64,000 nucleotides of DNA. Origin: Escherichia coli. Its GTDB lineage: Bacteria; Pseudomonadota; Gammaproteobacteria; Enterobacterales; Enterobacteriaceae. Position numbers and translations under genes: made by a program. The DNA is taken from assembly GCF_003334355.1 (NCBI RefSeq), contig NZ_QOWP01000006.1. One strand, given 5' to 3'. The notes below the pieces were generated by a model. The model was not told the DNA's origin. It did not search any database and was given only the letters and a program-made list of their open reading frames with translations. Below are positions 11,015 to 21,505 of the stretch, piece after piece (the first letter of the stretch is position 1; the number at the start of each line of letters is the position of its first letter).

Positions 11015-11045
11015 TTTCTGATATCGGCCATTTTTATTGCGGGTA

Positions 11046-11924
11046 TCAGGCCAGTTTATGGTTAGCCATTAATTCCAGCGCCTGCACTAACGCAGAGTGA
11101 TCCAACTGGCTGCCACCGTTTGCCGCACAGGTATTAAATAACTCCTGGCAGGTCGCAGTGTTTGGCAGGTTCAGCGCAAGTGCTTTCGCACTTTGCAGTG
11201 CCAGGTTGAGATCTTTCTGGTGCAGAGCGATTTTGAAGCCCGGATTAAAGGTGCGTTTAATCATACGCTCGCCATGAACTTCCAGAATACGTGAGGAAGC
11301 AAAGCCGCCCATCAGCGCCTGGCGCACACGTACCGGGTCCGCACCGGCTTTTGAAGCAAATAGCAGGGCTTCAGAAACCGCTTCAATATTGAGCGCCACG
11401 ATAATCTGATTTGCCACTTTGCAGGTTTGACCATCGCCGTTACCGCCCACGAGGGTGATATTTTTACCGAGCAGTTCAAACAGCGGTTTAACACGTTCAA
11501 ATACCGCTTCATCACCGCCAACCATAATCGACAACGTCCCTTCACGCGCACCGATTTCACCGCCGGAGACTGGCGCATCGAGATAATCGCCGCCCAGTTC
11601 ATTCACCTGACGAGCGAAACGCTTAGTTTCAATCGGGGAAATGGAGCTCATATCAACAATGGTTTTGCCCTTCAGCGAGGCTTTGGTACAACCATTTTCA
11701 CCGAACAGAACTTCTTCAACCTGAGGTGTGTCCGGCACCATAATAAAAATGATGTCCGATGCTTCCGTTACCTGGCGAGCAGTTTCAACACTGACGGCAC
11801 CCAGTGACAGTAATTCATCAGCAACCGGTCCAATGGTCGTGACATGTAATTGATGACCGGCACGCGCCAGATTAATGGCCATCGGTGTACCCATAATGCC
11901 TAAGCCAATAAATCCCAGTTTCAT
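11046..11924 (-). CDS. glxR: Tartronate semialdehyde reductase GlxR (292 aa)
   Basis: N-terminal Rossmann motif MKLGFIGLGIMGTPMA; 292 aa. Confidence 0.92.
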   Translation of the reverse strand: MKLGFIGLGIMGTPMAINLARAGHQLHVTTIGPVADELLSLGAVSVETARQVTEASDIIFIMVPDTPQVEEVLFGENGCTKASLKGKTIVDMSSISPIETKRFARQVNELGGDYLDAPVSGGEIGAREGTLSIMVGGDEAVFERVKPLFELLGKNITLVGGNGDGQTCKVANQIIVALNIEAVSEALLFASKAGADPVRVRQALMGGFASSRILEVHGERMIKRTFNPGFKIALHQKDLNLALQSAKALALNLPNTATCQELFNTCAANGGSQLDHSALVQALELMANHKLA

Positions 11925-12023
11925 AATTAACCTCTTTTAAATTTCGCTTTTCCTGAATTCAGACAACACGATCCCCTGCCAACTTAGCGGCCTAAAAAAG
12001 CATTGTCTGAATAGCGTTACGTT

Positions 12024-12800
12024 TTAACGGTACGGATCCATCCAGCGTAAACCGGCTTCCGTGGTGGTTTGGGGTTTATATTCACACCCAACCCAACCGT
12101 TGTAGTCAGAATTTTCGATTACCTTAAAGAGATAATCATAATTAATTTCTCCGGTTCCCGGTTCGCCGCGATGCGGATTATCGGCAATTTGCAGGTGACC
12201 AATTTTATCAGCCCACTGAGTCATGGTGTTGGTTAATTCACCTTCCATCCGCTGCATGTGATAAATGTCATACTGAATTTTCAAATTGCAGCAACCAACA
12301 TCATCAATCAATTTCAGCGCCTGCCGAGTTCCGGTGAGATGGAAACCAGGAATATCAAAATGGTTAATAGGTTCAATCAGTAATAAAATATCTTCTTTCA
12401 TCAGCATATTCGCGGCATAACGCAGGTTTTCTACAAGCGTTGCGTGAATCTGTTCACTGCTGAAACCAGCCGGCGTTTTACCGACCAGACAGTTAATTTT
12501 TTTATTACCCAGCGCACGGGCATAACGAATCGCTGCTGCTACGCCATCCCGAAACTCTTCTTCACGGCCAGGAATACAGGCAATACCGCGCTCCCCCGCC
12601 GCCCAGTCACCCGCCGGTAAATTGTGCAGCGTATGTTCGAGTTTATTACTCGCCAGCACATGTTTTAATTCTTCAATGTCGTAGTCATAAGGAAACATAA
12701 ATTCAACGCCGCGAAAACCACACTGCGCAGCTTTCTCAAAACGGGCGAGAAAATCATATTCTCCAAATAACATCGATAAATTAGCAGAGAAACGTAACAT
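12024..12800 (-). CDS. hyi: Hydroxypyruvate isomerase Hyi (258 aa)
   Basis: 258-aa TIM-barrel isomerase-like ORF between gcl and glxR. Confidence 0.9.
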   Translation of the reverse strand: MLRFSANLSMLFGEYDFLARFEKAAQCGFRGVEFMFPYDYDIEELKHVLASNKLEHTLHNLPAGDWAAGERGIACIPGREEEFRDGVAAAIRYARALGNKKINCLVGKTPAGFSSEQIHATLVENLRYAANMLMKEDILLLIEPINHFDIPGFHLTGTRQALKLIDDVGCCNLKIQYDIYHMQRMEGELTNTMTQWADKIGHLQIADNPHRGEPGTGEINYDYLFKVIENSDYNGWVGCEYKPQTTTEAGLRWMDPYR

Positions 12801-12812
12801 TATTTATCTCCC

Positions 12813-14594
12813 TTATTCATAGTGCATGAAGCAGGTTTCAGTCGGTGCGTCCGCTGCGTTATCGGCGATATCTTCAAATTCCATGACGTTATCCAGTTCG
12901 CTGCCCATCGAAATATTGGTCACACGCTCGAGAATAACTTCCACGACTACCGGTACCCGATATTGCGCCATTAAGGCTTTCGCCTGTTCAAAGGCTGGCG
13001 CAATATCTTCCGGTTTGAAGACCCGAATAGCTTTACAACCTAAACCTTCCGCTACTTTTACGTGGTCAACACCGTAGCCATTCACTTCACTGGAGTTGAT
13101 ATTCTCGAAAGCGAGTTGCACGCAGTAGTCCATGTCAAAAGCGCGTTGTGACTGACGAATCAGGCCGAGATAGGCGTTATTCACCAGCACATGGATGTAC
13201 GGAATGTTGAACTGCGCGCCAACGGCTAACTCTTCAATCAGGAACTGGAAGTCAAAGTCGCCAGAAATCGCCACCACATTGCGTTTCGGATCAGCGGCAC
13301 AAACCCCCAGCGCCGCCGGAATCGTCCAGCCTAACGGACCAGCCTGACCACAGTTGATCCAGTGGCGGTCTTTAAAGACATGCAGCATTTGTGCCGCAGC
13401 GATTTGTGACAAACCAATGGTGGTGACATAGCAAACATCGCGACCAAAGGCTTTGTTCATCTCTTCATACACGCGCTGCGGTTTCACCGGCACGTTGTCG
13501 AAATGGGTTTTGCGCAGCAAAGTGCGTTTGCGCTGCTGGCAGTCGGCGACCCATTCTTTACGACACGGCAGACGACCCGCTTTTTGCATCTCCTGCGCCA
13601 CTTCAACCAGCAGTGTCAGCGCCGCTTTAGCATCAGAGACAATGCCGAGATCCGGACACAGCACGCGACCAATTTGCGTCGGCTCAATATCGATATGAAC
13701 GATTTTGCGCCCTTCGGTGTATTTCTCTACCGAACCGGTATGACGGTTAGCAAAACGGTTACCGATACCAAACACCATGTCGGACGCCAGCAACGTTGCG
13801 TTACCGTAACGATGCGCGGTTTGCAGACCCACCATCCCGGCCATCAGTTCATGATCGTCCGGGATACAGCCCCAGCCCATCAGCGTTGGGATCACCGGAA
13901 CGCTGGTCAGTTCAGCAAACTGTTGTAACAGTGCAGCTGCGTCAGCATTAATTACCCCGCCCCCGGCAACAATCACCGGACGTTCGGCCTGGATTAACAT
14001 TTCTACAGCTTTTTCGATCTGCATACGGCTGGCAGCAGGTTTGTAGACCGGCAGCGGTTCGTACATGTCAGGATCAAACTCGATTTCCGCAACCTGAACG
14101 TCGAACGGTAAATCCACCAGTACCGGACCCGGACGACCAGAACGCATCAGGTGAAATGCCTGTTGCAGCACGCGAGGCACCAGCGCCGCTTCACGAACTG
14201 TAACCGCCATTTTGCTGACCGGTTTAGCAATTGCTTCAATATCTACGGCCTGAAAATCTTCTTTATGCAGACGGGCGCGCGGTGCCTGGCCGGTAATGCA
14301 CAGAATAGGAATGGAATCAGCAGAAGCGGAATAGAGCGCGGTGATCATGTCCGTGCCCGCAGGACCGGAAGTCCCCAGACATACGCCGATATTTCCTGCC
14401 GTTGCGCGGGTATAACCTTCCGCCATGTGCGAAGCACCTTCCACATGACGCGCCAGAATGTGACGAATACCGCCGTGCTTACGCATCGCTGAGTAGAACG
14501 GATTGATTGCAGCTCCCGGAACACCGAAGGCGGTGGTGATACCTTCTTTCTCCAGCACATACATTGCCGCGTCAACGACTCTCATTTTTGCCAT
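12813..14594 (-). CDS. gcl: Glyoxylate carboligase Gcl (593 aa, ThDP enzyme)
   Basis: ORF contains [19 protein letters not shown]...; start placed at the Met that gives 593 aa. Confidence 0.92.
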   Translation of the reverse strand: MAKMRVVDAAMYVLEKEGITTAFGVPGAAINPFYSAMRKHGGIRHILARHVEGASHMAEGYTRATAGNIGVCLGTSGPAGTDMITALYSASADSIPILCITGQAPRARLHKEDFQAVDIEAIAKPVSKMAVTVREAALVPRVLQQAFHLMRSGRPGPVLVDLPFDVQVAEIEFDPDMYEPLPVYKPAASRMQIEKAVEMLIQAERPVIVAGGGVINADAAALLQQFAELTSVPVIPTLMGWGCIPDDHELMAGMVGLQTAHRYGNATLLASDMVFGIGNRFANRHTGSVEKYTEGRKIVHIDIEPTQIGRVLCPDLGIVSDAKAALTLLVEVAQEMQKAGRLPCRKEWVADCQQRKRTLLRKTHFDNVPVKPQRVYEEMNKAFGRDVCYVTTIGLSQIAAAQMLHVFKDRHWINCGQAGPLGWTIPAALGVCAADPKRNVVAISGDFDFQFLIEELAVGAQFNIPYIHVLVNNAYLGLIRQSQRAFDMDYCVQLAFENINSSEVNGYGVDHVKVAEGLGCKAIRVFKPEDIAPAFEQAKALMAQYRVPVVVEVILERVTNISMGSELDNVMEFEDIADNAADAPTETCFMHYE

Positions 14595-14614
14595 TTTATT
14601 CCTACCTCTATTTA

Positions 14615-14631
14615 TTGGAAAATTTTTCCAA
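14615..14631. promoter_or_regulatory. AllR operator in gcl promoter (TTGGAAAATTTTTCCAA palindrome)
   Basis: Perfect TTGGAA-N5-TTCCAA dyad directly upstream of gcl; a near-identical dyad recurs in the allA-allS intergenic region. Confidence 0.7.
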
Positions 14632-14683
14632 CTTTCAAATTTTGTCAAAAAAACCCGCTCCGCAGAGCGGGATGCGACAGACA

Positions 14684-15499
14684 TTATGGATGTGCTTTCA
14701 GTCCCAACGCCGTGCTGATATCGCGGGCGGTGTCTCTGACCAGCTCACCCTGACTGACAAAACGATCTTCTGTCAGTCTTGATGAAGGCCCGGAGATGGA
14801 GATAGCGGCAACAACACTACCGACATCATCGTAAATTGCTGAAGCTATGCAATTCAGACCTACAACATGCTCTTCTTTATCTACGGTATAGCCCAGTTCA
14901 CGCGCTTGTTCCAGGTCCTTCAGCAAGGTGGGCATATCCACAAGCGTAGTTGGCGTAAACTGCTGCAAACCGGTTTGCAGAATGATGCTCATCAACTCCT
15001 CTTCCGCCAGCGGATAAAGCAGCGCTTTGCCCGCACCGGAAGCATGCAGTGGCAGACGACTGCCCAGTGGCGCACACATCCTGACCATCGATTTACACTC
15101 TAACTGACCAATTAATACCGCTTCATTGCCGTTACGGATCGCGACATTGACCGTTTCGCCGGAAAGTAACATCAGGCGGCGCATAAACGGCCCGGCGACG
15201 GAGAGGACATCGCGGTTATGGATGTACGCCGCACCGACGTTAAAGACACCTAATCCTATATGCCACCAGCCTAATTGACTGTCCTGATAGACAAAATCCG
15301 CTGCCTGTAAAACCTTCAGCAAGCGAAAGGTCGTGGAGAGCGGCAAATCCAGATTGAGAGAAATATCGCTAACCGACGAACTTCCCCCACTTTTTTCCAA
15401 ATATTGCAGAATCGCAATTCCCCGCTCTAACGCCTGTGCGCCCTTCTGTGCCACAGGCTCCGCCTGTCCTGGCCTGCCGCGCCGTCTAACTTCCGTCAT
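14684..15499 (-). CDS. allR: IclR-family allantoin repressor AllR (271 aa)
   Basis: 271-aa ORF with N-terminal HTH and IclR effector domain; between allA and gcl. Confidence 0.92.
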
Positions 15500-15576
15500 A
15501 CCTACGTTAACTCCGACCTACAAGTGAGCATAAACAATGAACAATTAGTTTATCTTATGCAAGTCGGTTGCAGGCG

Positions 15577-16059
15577 TCACGCAAAACAGAGTTCCTGTTC
15601 AGGAATACTTTCAACATCACAGTTGTCACTGCCGCCGCGATCGATGGTCAGAAAATCGGTGACGCGCTGCCAGGCGAAAAGTGGGTGATGCCAGACGTTA
15701 CGATGGTAATTCACTCCCTGTTCGCCGTTGGTGATAAACGCCCGCAGCGTTGACAGGTCTGGTTTGTCGTCACCTAACGCCACGACCACCACAAACACCT
15801 CACCTTTCATCGGGATAAAGGCCTGAGTACCCAGCGGATGACGTTCGAGTTCGTGAATGGTCAGCGGCAGATTCGCCGGTTGCGCGCGGTTAATGCTGAT
15901 AAGCGTACGGTCTTGCTCAAGAATCTCAACCAGCGCCAAATCGTGGTAACGCTCCACCAGGCCATTGTTAATATGGAAAAAATCCCGTTGCTGCGTTTCG
16001 ATTACGTCGCCATAAGCACTAAAGGCTTCCTGACTTAACGGTAATACCTGAAGTTTCAT
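15577..16059 (-). CDS. allA: Ureidoglycolate lyase AllA (160 aa)
   Basis: 160-aa [24 protein letters not shown]... Confidence 0.9.
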
Positions 16060-16164
16060 CTTTTTGTCCTTGTAACATAATTCCGTTCAACCACCGCCGA
16101 CCGGTCAGCTTGGTTTCAATAACAGGCAATCTAAAACCTTAAGAGAACAACATCAATACAAAAG

Positions 16165-16181
16165 TTGGAATATTTTTCCAA
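16165..16181. promoter_or_regulatory. AllR operator in the allA-allS divergent region (TTGGAATATTTTTCCAA)
   Basis: Same dyad as in the gcl promoter. Confidence 0.7.
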
Positions 16182-16288
16182 AACTAGATTTAGTCCACAA
16201 ATTGAACAGGGTTATCATGTAAAAATACTGATAAATCAGAGGATAAGAAAATCACGCAACTTGCGGATTTAAAAGGGGATACCTGAAG

Positions 16289-17215
16289 ATGTTCGATCCA
16301 GAAACCTTGCGGACTTTCATTGCGGTTGCTGAAACAGGAAGTTTTTCAAAAGCGGCAGAACGATTATGTAAAACCACGGCGACGATCAGTTATCGCATTA
16401 AACTTCTGGAAGAGAATACCGGAGTAGCGCTGTTTTTCCGTACGACTCGCAGCGTGACGTTGACAGCGGCTGGCGAGCATCTACTTTCCCAGGCCAGAGA
16501 CTGGCTGAGCTGGCTGGAAAGTATGCCAAGCGAGCTGCAACAGGTGAATGATGGCGTGGAACGCCAGGTGAATATTGTCATCAACAACCTGCTCTACAAC
16601 CCCCAGGCCGTCGCCCAGTTGCTGGCGTGGCTGAATGAGCGTTACCCCTTTACCCAGTTTCACATCTCCCGACAAATCTATATGGGCGTCTGGGACTCGA
16701 TATTGTACGAAGGTTTTTCGCTGGCTATCGGCGTCACGGGAACTGAGGCGCTGGCAAATACCTTTAGTCTTGATCCCTTAGGATCGGTGCAATGGCGCTT
16801 TGTCATGGCGGCGGATCATCCGCTGGCGAACGTTGAAGAGCCGCTAACAGAAGCGCAGTTGCGGCGCTTTCCGGCGGTCAATATTGAAGACAGCGCCCGC
16901 ACCTTAACCAAACGCGTCGCCTGGCGATTGCCAGGGCAAAAAGAGATTATTGTTCCCGATATGGAAACGAAAATCGCCGCCCATCTGGCGGGCGTTGGCA
17001 TTGGTTTTTTGCCAAAATCGCTTTGCCAGTCAATGATCGATAATCAACAACTGGTCAGCCGGGTAATCCCAACGATGCGCCCTCCTTCGCCATTGAGTCT
17101 GGCATGGCGCAAATTTGGCAGCGGCAAAGCGGTAGAAGATATTGTGACCTTGTTTACCCAGCGCAGGCCGGAAATCAGCGGATTTTTAGAAATTTTCGGC
17201 AACCCACGCAGTTAA
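16289..17215 (+). CDS. allS: LysR-type activator AllS (308 aa)
   Basis: 308-aa LTTR with N-terminal HTH; divergent from allA. Confidence 0.9.
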   Translation: MFDPETLRTFIAVAETGSFSKAAERLCKTTATISYRIKLLEENTGVALFFRTTRSVTLTAAGEHLLSQARDWLSWLESMPSELQQVNDGVERQVNIVINNLLYNPQAVAQLLAWLNERYPFTQFHISRQIYMGVWDSILYEGFSLAIGVTGTEALANTFSLDPLGSVQWRFVMAADHPLANVEEPLTEAQLRRFPAVNIEDSARTLTKRVAWRLPGQKEIIVPDMETKIAAHLAGVGIGFLPKSLCQSMIDNQQLVSRVIPTMRPPSPLSLAWRKFGSGKAVEDIVTLFTQRRPEISGFLEIFGNPRS

Positions 17216-17268
17216 AAATCAAGTTTCCTTGCGCGTTGGCGCGTAAAATAGCGCGCAAGCTGATTTGA

Positions 17269-18378
<1,110 letters not shown>

Positions 18379-18441
18379 TGGGCGGTATTCTGAAACGGCG
18401 ATTGTCGTGAGAACAGAATGGTTGCACCAGAATACAGATAT

Positions 18442-18478
18442 AAAAAAACCGACATGACAGTCGGTTTTTTTATTTTTT
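18442..18478. terminator. Bidirectional rho-independent terminator (selU on +; candidate sRNA on -)
   Basis: AAAAAAA-ACCGAC-ATGACA-GTCGGT-TTTTTTTATTTTTT; A-tract before and T-tract after the hairpin. Confidence 0.75.
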
Positions 18479-18530
18479 CCGCCCAAGACTTGGTGGTTCC
18501 GGGCAGAAATGAAACAGTCCTCATCTAGCA
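18442..18530 (-). ncRNA. Candidate antitoxin sRNA (~88 nt); its 5' end is antisense to a 16-nt element that recurs in the toxin leader
   Basis: Minus-strand promoter (-35 TTGAAT, 17-bp spacer, -10 TATAAT) puts the start near 18529-18533; transcript begins with the reverse complement of CAGTCCTCATCTAGCA (18515-18530) and ends at the bidirectional terminator. Confidence 0.4.
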
Positions 18531-18535
18531 AGTGA

Positions 18536-18564
18536 ATTATAAGTCAGGATGCCTACATATTCAA
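18536..18564 (-). promoter_or_regulatory. Predicted sigma-70 promoter of the candidate sRNA
   Basis: Minus-strand -35 TTGAAT (18559-18564), 17-bp spacer, perfect -10 TATAAT (18536-18541). Confidence 0.45.
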
Positions 18565-18680
18565 ACAGCTATGTTGGCGATACAATCCCGACGCTAGTAG
18601 TGATACTGCCTCAAGGGATTACCGCAGTGCGGAAAAGTACTTTTAAGTCCTGGTCAGGATACAGGTGGTGCTGATTCTGG

Positions 18681-18689
18681 TGCTCTAAT
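18681..18689 (+). promoter_or_regulatory. Predicted extended -10 promoter (TGcTCTAAT) for the toxin mRNA
   Basis: TGn + TCTAAT on the plus strand; predicted start near 18696, just 5' of the second 16-nt copy (18701-18716). Confidence 0.3.
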
Positions 18690-18789
18690 TTGGAGAGAGG
18701 CAGTCCTCATCTAGCACATGAAGAAAATCATAGTTACAGGCAACGTAAGGGTAAGCTGTGATTGTCTTTCTCCCTTAAGGGAGCAACGG

Positions 18790-18873
18790 ATGAAAACTTT
18801 TCTCGATAAAGTTCTCATCGTTCTTAAGGCGCTAATCGCGCTGCTGGAACTGATCCGTCAGTTTATTGAATAA
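18790..18873 (+). CDS. Candidate type I toxin: 27-aa hydrophobic peptide MKTFLDKVLIVLKALIALLELIRQFIE (DinQ-like)
   Basis: ATG 18790 with AAGGGAG SD 6 nt upstream; SD lies in a CTCCC/GGGAG hairpin; single predicted TM helix; own terminator downstream; core ALIALLELIR recalled as shared with DinQ. Confidence 0.5.
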   Translation: MKTFLDKVLIVLKALIALLELIRQFIE

Positions 18874-18893
18874 CTGAGGAAACGTAGCTAAGG

Positions 18894-18920
18894 CCGAAGG
18901 TTTACCACCTTCGGTCTTTA
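18894..18920 (+). terminator. Terminator of the small toxin ORF
   Basis: CCGAAGGT-TTACC-ACCTTCGG hairpin followed by TCTTTA. Confidence 0.6.
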
Positions 18921-18944
18921 AAAAAACCGACATGACAGTTGGTT
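18920..18944. repeat. Second copy of the 25-nt selU-terminator motif (one mismatch)
   Basis: AAAAAAACCGACATGACAGTTGGTT versus AAAAAAACCGACATGACAGTCGGTT at 18442-18466. Confidence 0.7.
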
Positions 18945-18976
18945 TCATATTTATTGCCAAAATGCACACTGTTCAT

Positions 18977-19074
<98 letters not shown>

Positions 19075-19090
19075 AATCTAACACCTGTCA

Positions 19091-21505
19091 TCACCCCGCA
19101 AACTGCCTGAACAGCGCCTTACCCTTAACCAGTCTCGCGCCCAGCCAGCCGCCGAAAAGCGACAGCAGCAGCGCACCGCTGCACGGCAGAACAATCCACA
19201 ATCGCCAGTCTGGCTCCCACGGGAAATCAAACACTTTCGCCTGCAACACTGCCAGTGCCGTTTCCGCACCAATTGCGGCCACCAGGCCGGAAACAAACCC
19301 AAGCATGGCGAACTCACACCACAATGTCGTGCGCAGCAGTTTTTTCCCCGCACCGAGTGTGCGCCATACCACCAGCTCCTGATGACGCTGGCGCATTCCC
19401 ACCTGCACCTGTGCCAGCAACAGCAACATACCGCAGGCGGTGACCAGCACCACCATCACCTCCAGCGCCCGACTTACCTGCTCCAGCACCTGACCGACCT
19501 GTTTTAAAATCGCGCCAATATCTAACAGGCTAATGGTCGGGAACTGGCGGTTGAGTTGCGTCAACATGCCGTTGCCATTCTCCCAGCGGAAACTGGTAAG
19601 CCAGCTCTGCGGTTGCCCGTCTAATGCCCCTTCCGGGAAAATAAAATAGAAATTAGGCCGCAGACTTTCCCAGTCCACTTTGCGCAGGCTGGTCACTTTA
19701 GCGCGGAACTCCTGGGTATCGCCCATAAAAGTCACGGTATCACCGAGGGCAACGTTTAAGCGTTTCGCCAGCCCCTCTTCCATCGACACTTCATCGGCTT
19801 TTGGCGGCCAGTTACCGGCGACAATCGGATTATGATCGGGCCGCGTATTTTGCCAGGTAAGATTGAGTTCGCGATTAAGCGCCTCATCTTCATTACCTTC
19901 TGTCGGCTTATCGTTAATCGCCGTCAGCCGCGCCCGCACTACCGGATAAAATGATTCCGGGACTATATGATGTTCCGCGAGGAACGCTTTTAGCGGTGCT
20001 ACCTGTTCTGTGGCGATGTTAATTAAAAAGTAGTTCGGGCTTTCTGGCGGTAGCTGCTGCTGCCAGCGGTCGAGCAGATCGCCACGCAATACCAGCAACA
20101 GCGCCAGCAGCATAAAGGAGAGCGAAAATGCCGAAAGCTGACTTAACGTTGACCACGGCTGACGTAACAGGCGGCTAACCGCCAGGCGCAGAGGCAGCGA
20201 TTTCAGCGTCATGCGGCGAAGTACATTCAGCAGCATCCAGCCCAGCACACCGCACAGCAAAGCCAGTACTACCGCGCCCGCCAGCACCGCCCAAAGCAGC
20301 ATGCTGCCACCCATTAATCCGGCGAGCAGCAGCACAACCACCACACTGACAATCGGCAGATAAAACTTCAGCGGCCAGACGTTCGCTACCACATCATTAC
20401 GTAATACGCGTAAAGGCTGCGTTGCCAGCAACAAGCGATATGGTCGTAGCCCCACCAGCAGCGAGATGACCGTCATGGTGCCAAGCGCCCACAGCCACGG
20501 CCAGAGGCTGGCTGGCGGTAGTGCAGCAGGCAGAACGGGCTTGAGCAGCACCATCAACACGTTTTCGAACAACAGACCTATGGCCCCACCGGTAACGGCT
20601 GAAAGCGTCAGCACCATCAACCACTGACCGACGATTAGCTTACGCAGTTGCGCTCGCCCTGCCCCCAGCGTTTTGAGGATCGCCACCAGATCGTAGCGAC
20701 TGCGACAGTAATGATTCATCGCTACCGCCACCGCTGCCACTGCCAGCAGCAAGGTCAGAAGCGCCGAAAGCAGCAGGAACTGTTGCGAGCGTTCCATCGA
20801 TCGCCCCAGCGCGCCTTCGTCCTGTTCCAGACCGTACCAGCGTTGTTCGGGTTTAAGCTGAGGTAACAACCATTTCTCATAGCCGTCGAGCTGGTTCTCG
20901 TTGCCGCCGAATTTATAACGCCAGGTGACCCGACTCCCCGGCTGCACGGCTCCGGTTTTATCGACATCCGCCAGATTCATCATCAGACGCGGAGCCATCT
21001 GGAAGGGGTTAAAACCGGAATCCGGTTCCTGAATCACTTCTCCGGCAATCCGCAAGGTGGCATCGCCCACGTCAATGGTGTCGCCCGTTTTCAGGTTAAG
21101 CAGTGCCATCAGGCGTGGGGCCAGCAATACGCTGCCCGCCTGCGGTTTCAGGCCAGGGGGATTAGTTTGCAGATCGCCATACATCGGGTAGATATCATCC
21201 ACCGCTTTGACGTTCGCCAGCTGCGGTGTGTCGCCTGCAAAGGTCATTGTGGCGAAAGTCAGCTGCTTGCCGACTTTCAGGCCGCGCTTTTGCGCTTCCT
21301 CCAGCCACGCTTGCGGCACTTCGCGTGAACTGCGCAACGCCCGATCGCCCGCCATAAACTCACGGCTTTGCTGGCTTAAGCCCTTCTCCATGCGATCGCT
21401 GATATTGCCCAGCGCCAGCACGCAGGCCACCGCCAGGCTTAGCGCCAGCCAGACAATTAATAGCGACGGCGAACGCCATTCGCGCCAGAACCAACGTGCA
21501 ATCAT
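19091..21505 (-). CDS. ybbP: ABC transporter permease YbbP (804 aa, FtsX-like)
   Basis: 804-aa ORF, start overlaps ybbA stop. Confidence 0.9.
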   Translation of the reverse strand: MIARWFWREWRSPSLLIVWLALSLAVACVLALGNISDRMEKGLSQQSREFMAGDRALRSSREVPQAWLEEAQKRGLKVGKQLTFATMTFAGDTPQLANVKAVDDIYPMYGDLQTNPPGLKPQAGSVLLAPRLMALLNLKTGDTIDVGDATLRIAGEVIQEPDSGFNPFQMAPRLMMNLADVDKTGAVQPGSRVTWRYKFGGNENQLDGYEKWLLPQLKPEQRWYGLEQDEGALGRSMERSQQFLLLSALLTLLLAVAAVAVAMNHYCRSRYDLVAILKTLGAGRAQLRKLIVGQWLMVLTLSAVTGGAIGLLFENVLMVLLKPVLPAALPPASLWPWLWALGTMTVISLLVGLRPYRLLLATQPLRVLRNDVVANVWPLKFYLPIVSVVVVLLLAGLMGGSMLLWAVLAGAVVLALLCGVLGWMLLNVLRRMTLKSLPLRLAVSRLLRQPWSTLSQLSAFSLSFMLLALLLVLRGDLLDRWQQQLPPESPNYFLINIATEQVAPLKAFLAEHHIVPESFYPVVRARLTAINDKPTEGNEDEALNRELNLTWQNTRPDHNPIVAGNWPPKADEVSMEEGLAKRLNVALGDTVTFMGDTQEFRAKVTSLRKVDWESLRPNFYFIFPEGALDGQPQSWLTSFRWENGNGMLTQLNRQFPTISLLDIGAILKQVGQVLEQVSRALEVMVVLVTACGMLLLLAQVQVGMRQRHQELVVWRTLGAGKKLLRTTLWCEFAMLGFVSGLVAAIGAETALAVLQAKVFDFPWEPDWRLWIVLPCSGALLLSLFGGWLGARLVKGKALFRQFAG

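Noticed and set aside
11001-11035. Hairpin GGCCGAT...ATCGGCC + T-run downstream of glxR
   Set aside because: The T-tract is on the plus strand, whereas glxR and ybbW are on the minus strand, so it does not fit as their terminator; function unclear.
17227-17260. GC-rich hairpin (CTTGCGCG ... CGCGCAAG) between allS and selU
   Set aside because: No U-tract, so not a clear intrinsic terminator. It may be a leader structure, but I cannot assign a function from sequence.
18650-18664. Possible LexA box upstream of the toxin promoter (CTG-N9-CAG)
   Set aside because: Spacing is 9, not the 10 nt of CTGT-N8-ACAG, and the flanks do not fit the consensus. SOS control, as for dinQ or tisB, is not supported by sequence.
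18549-18674. 41-codon ORF (MPTYSNSYVGDTIPTL...) inside the candidate TA module
   Set aside because: No usable SD (AGG abuts the ATG); it overlaps the predicted sRNA promoter; composition is unlike the hydrophobic toxin. Probably non-coding.
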